Shown here piece after piece: positions 59,010-64,000 of a stretch of 64,000 nt of DNA. The stretch lies in the NCBI RefSeq assembly GCF_044324875.1, contig NZ_CP172185.1. One strand, written 5' to 3'. Each line of letters starts with the position of its first letter. The stretch's first letter is position 1. Position numbers and translations under genes: made by a program. The notes beneath the pieces are model-generated. The model was not told where the DNA came from, searched no databases, and saw only the letters and a program-made list of their open reading frames with translations. Origin of the DNA: Escherichia coli (lineage in GTDB: Bacteria > Pseudomonadota > Gammaproteobacteria > Enterobacterales > Enterobacteriaceae).

Positions 59010-59755
59010 TATTTACCCTCCCAACCAATCACCTGAAACAGCCCCATTTTCGGGTGATACCAGCGGGTACCGCGTGGCTCTGCCTCTGACATCATCTGAT
59101 GAAATGCTTTCATGAACGGCTCAAGCTCCACGATAGCCCGGCGAGAAAGAAGACCATCTGGCGTCATAAATTCGTGCGTATCGGTTGGGATGCTGTAGGC
59201 ATTGACCAGATTGCGGCACTTGGCATCAGTCATTCCGCTTTTGGCGACCACCTGGCGATAACCGACATATCCGGCGCGCATATTTCCGCGTTTGATGTTC
59301 TCCACAGCTTTGGTGACCGTTTCGATCTTCTCTTCAACATGACTCAGGCGCTTCTGCTGGCGAACGGCATCGGCGGCCATTGCAGCGATCATCTCCATTT
59401 CCGTCAGCGGCGCGTGAGTTCGGAAATAGCTGTTAACCAGTTCGCGCTGAACCTGCCATGCAAGAGTATCGTTAAAAGGCTTCGTCAACATCAGGTAACC
59501 AGACTCGAAAAGAATGATCCCTTTGGCAGTTCGCGCGGCAAAGGCATCAGAAAGTGACTCCGTACGTATTACGTCCGCAGTCATTTCAAGAAAATCCACC
59601 CCTTCGATAAAGTGAGAACGGTTGCGGTTAAACGCAGCACGGGCGGTACCTTCCGGGCGCTGGTGGACGTCATCAATCATTGCAAATGTCACAACACGCT
59701 GACCGCGATATTCGATTACCGGAAACTGTTTGTTGTTGATGGTTACAGTATTCAT
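59009..59755 (-). CDS. ORF6N/KilA-N domain protein (antirepressor-like)
   Basis: Start at MNTVTINNKQFPVIEYRGQRVVTF..IDDVHQRPEGTA (SD ggag 7 nt upstream); N-terminal pattern typical of ORF6N/KilA-N DNA-binding domain. Confidence 0.6.
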   Translation of the reverse strand: MNTVTINNKQFPVIEYRGQRVVTFAMIDDVHQRPEGTARAAFNRNRSHFIEGVDFLEMTADVIRTESLSDAFAARTAKGIILFESGYLMLTKPFNDTLAWQVQRELVNSYFRTHAPLTEMEMIAAMAADAVRQQKRLSHVEEKIETVTKAVENIKRGNMRAGYVGYRQVVAKSGMTDAKCRNLVNAYSIPTDTHEFMTPDGLLSRRAIVELEPFMKAFHQMMSEAEPRGTRWYHPKMGLFQVIGWEGK

Positions 59756-59798
59756 TTTTATCTCCAGACAGCCCGGCGTGTAATACCGGGCATATGTA

Positions 59799-60626
59799 TT
59801 ACTTAACCTGAATAAATGGTGTGTTGGCACCGCTGGTCATGTATTGCGGCAGTGTACCGTTCCACTTGTTGATGGCTTCCAGCTCCATAACGTTTGGGTT
59901 CTGGCGCAGAGCTTCACCGCGTAAACGAATAGCATCGGCTTCGGCCTGGGCTTTTGTGCGAATCGCATCTGCCTGTCCGGCAGCTTCCGCGCGCAACATG
60001 TTGGCTTCCGCTTCGCGCTGTTTTACTTCCTGCTCGCGTTGCAGGGTTTTCTGGTTGGCCGTGACTTTGGCATTAATGCTGTCGATAACAGTAGGCGGGT
60101 ACTCCGGCTTACCCACATATGAGAGGCTCATTACCTGAATACCGATGGGCGTCATTTCTTCCTGAATGTCTTTAAGAGCTGCATCCAGCAGCTCAGACTT
60201 GCCGCCGTCGATAAATTTGTCGGTGGTCATTTTGCTGGCCAGTCGGTTGAGTGCGTCGGCTATCTTCTGGCGCAGGTCGGTGTCGGTAATGTCGTCCACG
60301 CCTTTGCGGTAGGTCTGAAAGACTGTGGTAACTTTGGATGGATCAACTTTGTAGGCCACGCCGATGTGATAGCCGATGGTTGTACCGTCACTCATCTGGA
60401 AACTGAATGGATCATCGTAGGTCTTCATCTGCTTAAAGGTCGGGAAGATGTAAACCTCAGTGTTCCATCCCGTCCAGTAGCGCCCAACACCGACCACTTC
60501 ACCGACGCCTTTATCGTCGCCCAGTTTGTTTACTTTGATGCCCACATTACCAGGCTCAACGCGATCGCAACCGACAAGGCCAATGGTCGGCAGAACAATG
60601 GCTAAAGCAAAAAGTAATTTTTTCAT
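59799..60626 (-). CDS. SPFH/band-7 (prohibitin/HflKC-like) lipoprotein
   Basis: 275 aa; signal peptide with lipobox LVGC; SPFH-type core and C-terminal coiled-coil QREQEVKQREAEANMLRAEAAGQADAIRTKAQAEADAIR. Confidence 0.7.
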   Translation of the reverse strand: MKKLLFALAIVLPTIGLVGCDRVEPGNVGIKVNKLGDDKGVGEVVGVGRYWTGWNTEVYIFPTFKQMKTYDDPFSFQMSDGTTIGYHIGVAYKVDPSKVTTVFQTYRKGVDDITDTDLRQKIADALNRLASKMTTDKFIDGGKSELLDAALKDIQEEMTPIGIQVMSLSYVGKPEYPPTVIDSINAKVTANQKTLQREQEVKQREAEANMLRAEAAGQADAIRTKAQAEADAIRLRGEALRQNPNVMELEAINKWNGTLPQYMTSGANTPFIQVK

Positions 60627-60811
60627 CTTTTATCCTTAGAAAAAGAAAGACCCTTATAAATGGCATAAATGCAGGGCGGGGTCAGACACGCCAGAGCAAA
60701 GCCAGAAATCACTGCTATCGTATCCTTCATGGATATAAGGAACGGAACGAGTAATCCGTAAATGCATGCGATAATTGCCAGTAAAATTACTATTGTGAAA
60801 TACAGTCTCAT
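60623..60811 (-). CDS. Small two-TM membrane protein coupled to the SPFH gene
   Basis: 62 aa MRLYFTIVILLAIIACIYGLLVPFLISMKDTIAVISGFALACL...; 4-nt start/stop overlap with the SPFH gene. Confidence 0.55.
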   Translation of the reverse strand: MRLYFTIVILLAIIACIYGLLVPFLISMKDTIAVISGFALACLTPPCIYAIYKGLSFSKDKR

Positions 60812-60987
60812 TGGTCTGTGGTATCCCGATATTTTTAACCGACTGACAGCGCAATAAAGAGAATAATGATTTCTGTTAGTGTCAGCACTGTGGCAAGGAT
60901 TAAAATCAGTTTTACTCTGTTTAATTCACGGTTGCTTTTCATATAAACGGTTAGTAAAAAACGGAAGAATTATTTTCTTCTTAATAT

Positions 60988-61569
60988 TTAATGTGTCACT
61001 GGCGCTTCTGGCATACCATGAGTATTCAGGTCGTGAATCATTTCATCCAGAAGGAGTTCAAGCCCTTCGCGCCCCATAGCAGAGAGAATGAAACCATTAT
61101 CAGGATCTGCGATGAGCATTTTTTGATAGAGAAACAGAACTCGCCCCATGCCTTCAGTTTCGCCATATTTTTCAATAAATCCCCATTCGACATGGTTTTG
61201 CAGGGCAATGCGAAGTGGTCCTGGGTATATACTTATGCAACCATGTTTCCCCTTGTAAATAACTGCGCGATCTGTCGTCCCGTTATCGTTAGGGATATCA
61301 ATAGTGCCGTTCTTGTCTTCCTCTTCACTGATAAACTTCATCACATACAGCCAGCGCCACTGAGCAACCTTCAGATCGACTGAAAATCTTCCCAGCAATC
61401 CGGCATCATCAGCTTCGGCAAGACATTGCATGATTCTTAAACCGTGCCAGTATGGATTATCGAATTCGCCATCATTAAGCCGCTGTACGGCCTGAATATA
61501 ATTAATGGTTGTATTACCAATTTTTATGCCATGTGGCGTTACTTCTGGTCGGAACTCTGAATGATTCAT
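60988..61569 (-). CDS. Hypothetical phage protein (193 aa from MNHSEF; track ORF extends to 61626)
   Basis: ATGA overlap with the upstream 67-aa gene if it starts at 61569. Confidence 0.5.
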   Translation of the reverse strand: MNHSEFRPEVTPHGIKIGNTTINYIQAVQRLNDGEFDNPYWHGLRIMQCLAEADDAGLLGRFSVDLKVAQWRWLYVMKFISEEEDKNGTIDIPNDNGTTDRAVIYKGKHGCISIYPGPLRIALQNHVEWGFIEKYGETEGMGRVLFLYQKMLIADPDNGFILSAMGREGLELLLDEMIHDLNTHGMPEAPVTH

Positions 61570-61769
61570 AATATTTGCTCCTTTGCTGGTGGAATAATCG
61601 TGTAGCCAGCTCTTTTTGCCATCCACAGAAATGTATCCATGCAGCCAACGAATTCATTATCCAGCAGATGTTTTGAGTAAATTACTTCACCATTTTCAAT
61701 GGTTAGCAACACTCTTACTTTTTTATGTGTTATGTTTTGTTGTTTTTCTTCCATTGACTTATCTCCCAT
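61566..61769 (-). CDS. Hypothetical phage protein (67 aa)
   Basis: Track ORF; alternative start MEEKQQ at 61754. Confidence 0.45.
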   Translation of the reverse strand: MGDKSMEEKQQNITHKKVRVLLTIENGEVIYSKHLLDNEFVGCMDTFLWMAKRAGYTIIPPAKEQIL

Positions 61770-61950
61770 ATGCTTTGCGCAAATACAGGTTGGCTATATG
61801 AAGATAAGAATCTCCATGTTGTGCAATGAGGCAGGCAGTTTTATACGATGCCTTATGTTTCAGGAAAGTCATAACATAATCTCCTGCGAATAAAGGTTGC
61901 AACAATCCCCGGCGATAAAACCGTAATAAACATTCAGGGAATATTTATTG

Positions 61951-62316
61951 TTATTGCGCTAATTCTTTTTCGGCAGCAGATTTTGCATATTCACATGCAA
62001 AATTCAGAATTTCGCTGCCAAGTGTTTTTGTTTCGTGATTACTGGACATATGTAATACCTGTGTTGCATGCAATAAATGATAAACATTTACCGCAAATGA
62101 GTCCGGCTCCAGACAAATGCCTTCATAATCATCTTGTTGTGAGGTTGTTTCTGTCATTGCTCCTGAAGTGCATGCGAGCCTGTTTTTGACAATTCTCTTT
62201 CCTCTAATCACTATATCGGCAACATCTATTGCCTTTACAACCTCCGGGAGAAGTTCCGGGTTTGTATAATCAAAGTCATCAACATGGAGAACAGTTATGT
62301 TTTCGAACTTTTTCAT
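61951..62316 (-). CDS. Hypothetical phage protein (121 aa)
   Basis: Track ORF with SD gaggaag upstream. Confidence 0.5.
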   Translation of the reverse strand: MKKFENITVLHVDDFDYTNPELLPEVVKAIDVADIVIRGKRIVKNRLACTSGAMTETTSQQDDYEGICLEPDSFAVNVYHLLHATQVLHMSSNHETKTLGSEILNFACEYAKSAAEKELAQ

Positions 62317-62444
62317 GGCTTCCTCAGCTGACTTATATGTTCTGCTATATAGCGAGTCTCAGAAGTGTTTTCATATTGAGACTGTTTCCGCAATGATTGA
62401 TAAAAATGTTCGCATGTACCTTGAGGGGCGAAGCGGCGATTATG

Positions 62445-62903
62445 TCACCATTGGTATTGGTTCTTCCGTAGAAGAGCTTCGCGAGATAAGGAGCAAACTT
62501 GTTGAGATGCGTCATGGTGTTGCTGCTCCTCACTTTTTGGTTGCTCCGGAGGAGTAACCTCGCCAGTTAACAGCCACATCGGATCACAGCCAAGAACATT
62601 AGCCAGAGGGATAATCTGGCTTGCCAGAGGCTCCCTCTTGCCACTTTCCCACTGGATGATAATTTCTTCATCGAGATTGAGCAGCCTGGCGAGTTCGGCG
62701 GTTGTTAAGCCGCAGGCTTCGCGTTGGGTGTCAATAGAGCGATATTTTTTGTTTCCAGAAGGTAACAGAACACGTTTTATCTGTTGGATTTTTTCTATTG
62801 CAACTTCAATGAGTATGTTGCGGTTTCTTTCTGATGCAGACTCCATGCTTTCATGAAGTAGTGATTCTGCTTGTTCGATAAGAATCAGTTGTAAAGAAGA
62901 CAT
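62445..62903 (-). CDS. HTH (XRE/Cro-type) domain protein immediately downstream of cI
   Basis: 152 aa; central segment LTTAELARLLNLDEEIIIQWESGKREPLASQIIPLANVLGCDPMWLLTG is a typical XRE helix-turn-helix; SD gagg. Confidence 0.6.
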   Translation of the reverse strand: MSSLQLILIEQAESLLHESMESASERNRNILIEVAIEKIQQIKRVLLPSGNKKYRSIDTQREACGLTTAELARLLNLDEEIIIQWESGKREPLASQIIPLANVLGCDPMWLLTGEVTPPEQPKSEEQQHHDASQQVCSLSREALLRKNQYQW

Positions 62904-62911
62904 AAGAAAAC

Positions 62912-62946
62912 CTCGTAACCAACATTTCGAAATCTAGGTTACGAGT
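62912..62946. promoter_or_regulatory. Palindrome between cI and the downstream HTH gene; candidate operator or terminator
   Basis: ctcgtaacc-N17-ggttacgag (9-bp arms); spacer contains gaaatctaggtt, which recurs in the cI-cro intergenic region. Confidence 0.4.
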
Positions 62947-62988
62947 GAGTAATGTAGGTGTCAAGTGTAATTGATAATTTTTTGTTGA

Positions 62989-63648
62989 TTAAATTTGCAT
63001 ACGCATCTCAACGACAACACCAAGAATTTCACAATCGCCATTGATAGGGATCAGTGGATAGCGTGGGTTTAGTGGTTTTAAGAAACATTGTCCTGCGTCT
63101 TCAATGTACTGTTTGAGGGTTGCTTCACCGGAATTTTTGAGTCTAGCGACAACATATTTTCCTGAAAAAACTTCTTTGTCAGGGTTTACAAGAATGTTCA
63201 TGCCTTCAAAGATTGAGAACTCCCCATTCTGTGACGTCATTGAGTCACCTTTTACCTCCAGCCAGAATCCGTTATCTCCTGCATATATATCGCTACCGAT
63301 CCAATCTTCTGGATAAGGTATGTAATCTTCGCAGTTCCAAGGGCCGGCGCTCACCCATGTTAATTTTGGGTATCTGTAACGCGTTGGAGAAGCTGGTTTG
63401 GGGTTTCGAACGTTTTGAATACTATCTGTAGGTGAAGGTTCGCTACCATCAAGGAGCCATTTAGGTGAGCATTTTAATGCATCTGCGATCCTGAATAGGT
63501 TTGACGATCTTGTGTCTTGTGAGTCTCCTAACTCTATTTTGCTGATTGTTACACGTGAGACACCCGTCAATTTTGCCAGGTCATCTTGTGACATGCCTAG
63601 CTGAACTCTACGCATTAACAATCTCTGTCCAAAACTATCGTGTTCCAT
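62989..63648 (-). CDS. cI: CI-type phage repressor (HTH plus LexA-like S24 peptidase domain)
   Basis: 219 aa; N-terminal HTH MSQDDLAKLTGVSRVTISKIELG; C-terminal domain with GDSM serine motif and downstream lysine. Confidence 0.8.
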   Translation of the reverse strand: MEHDSFGQRLLMRRVQLGMSQDDLAKLTGVSRVTISKIELGDSQDTRSSNLFRIADALKCSPKWLLDGSEPSPTDSIQNVRNPKPASPTRYRYPKLTWVSAGPWNCEDYIPYPEDWIGSDIYAGDNGFWLEVKGDSMTSQNGEFSIFEGMNILVNPDKEVFSGKYVVARLKNSGEATLKQYIEDAGQCFLKPLNPRYPLIPINGDCEILGVVVEMRMQI

Positions 63649-63661
63649 CTTTTCTCTCCGT

Positions 63662-63746
63662 TGTCGAAATGATTTTTTCGAAACAAATATATCAAAAAAT
63701 ATTGAAATCTAGGTTTCGCAAAACTAAGATTGTTCGAAACAAACGT
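63662..63746. promoter_or_regulatory. Divergent cI/cro promoter-operator region with repeated TTCGAAAC-type sites
   Basis: tgtcgaaat, ttttcgaaacaaa, gaaatctaggtttcgcaaaac, tgttcgaaacaaacg between the divergent starts. Confidence 0.5.
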
Positions 63747-63758
63747 GTCGAGGTCGAT

Positions 63759-63968
63759 ATGGATTTGTATGAAATTCTAAAAAACATATTTGGTTCGAAT
63801 GTTGAGATCGGTCGCCATTTTCCCCGAAAGGGAAGGGCTAGAACTGGACAGGCTGTAGGAAAGTGGAAAAAACAAGGGGTACCGGAGGATGTAGCGATTC
63901 TTTGCCATCTGGATCCCGCAATTCCTTATCAGCATCCGCCTCTCACGAACGGTAGTAATGGCGTATGA
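63759..63968 (+). CDS. cro: Cro-like small DNA-binding regulator
   Basis: 69 aa MDLYEILKNIFGSNVEIGRHFPRKGRARTGQAVGKWKK...; divergent from cI, SD gagg; start chosen at internal ATG of a longer track ORF. Confidence 0.55.
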   Translation: MDLYEILKNIFGSNVEIGRHFPRKGRARTGQAVGKWKKQGVPEDVAILCHLDPAIPYQHPPLTNGSNGV

Positions 63969-64000
63969 AATCTCTCCGGAGGGCTGTATGTCCCAGAGTT

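Larger units (their letters stand above)
55617..64000. mobile_element. Left arm of an integrated temperate prophage (att-int-xis ... cI-cro); continues beyond window end
   Basis: Tyrosine integrase next to the truncated mlrA, leftward operon of small phage-type genes, CI/Cro immunity region; left boundary approximate (within 55600-55654). Confidence 0.8.

Noticed and set aside
60654-60854. 66-aa minus-strand ORF overlapping the 62-aa membrane protein gene in another frame
   Set aside because: Overlaps a better-supported coupled gene; the hydrophobic 62-aa frame is preferred
62297-62557. 86-aa plus-strand ORF in the prophage
   Set aside because: Overlaps the 3' end of the minus-strand HTH gene antisense and runs against the operon direction; no convincing SD
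63546-63758. Long version (140 aa) of the cro-like ORF
   Set aside because: Upstream part overlaps the cI coding region and the operator region; internal ATG at 63759 with SD gives a typical 69-aa Cro-size protein

Overview
Enterobacterial (Escherichia coli-type) chromosomal segment followed by the left arm of an integrated temperate prophage. Positions 1-55.6 kb are core genome whose gene content and order match the E. coli 48-49 min region in reverse orientation: mepS(partial)-lpxT-yeiR-yeiQ-yeiP-yeiW-setB-fruBKA-psuKGT-yeiL-rihB-nupX-yeiI-nfo-yeiH-yeiE-lysP-cirA-yeiG-folE-yeiB-galS-mglBAC-preAT-yeiS-sanA-cdd-yohKJ-dusC-yohP-mdtQ-yohF-yohD-yohC-pbpG-dld-bglX-osmF/yehYXW-yohO-mlrA. Gene names are assigned from my recall of the E. 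coli proteins plus synteny; no database search was possible. mlrA (yehV) lacks its 5' end: from about 55.62 kb to the window end there is a prophage (tyrosine integrase, putative excisionase, a tightly packed leftward operon of small unknown genes, an ORF6N/KilA-N protein, an SPFH/band-7 lipoprotein with a coupled small membrane protein, a second HTH protein, a LexA-like CI repressor and a divergent Cro-like gene with repeated operator motifs). The prophage accessory genes between int and cI are the best candidates for an undescribed system, but nothing here proves novelty. Other points of note: mdtQ is an intact reading frame, a GC-rich inverted-repeat element sits between dusC and yohP, a 27-nt leader motif is shared by the paralogous transporters psuT and nupX, and ERIC and REP/BIME repeats are present. 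No rRNA, tRNA or CRISPR array was seen.
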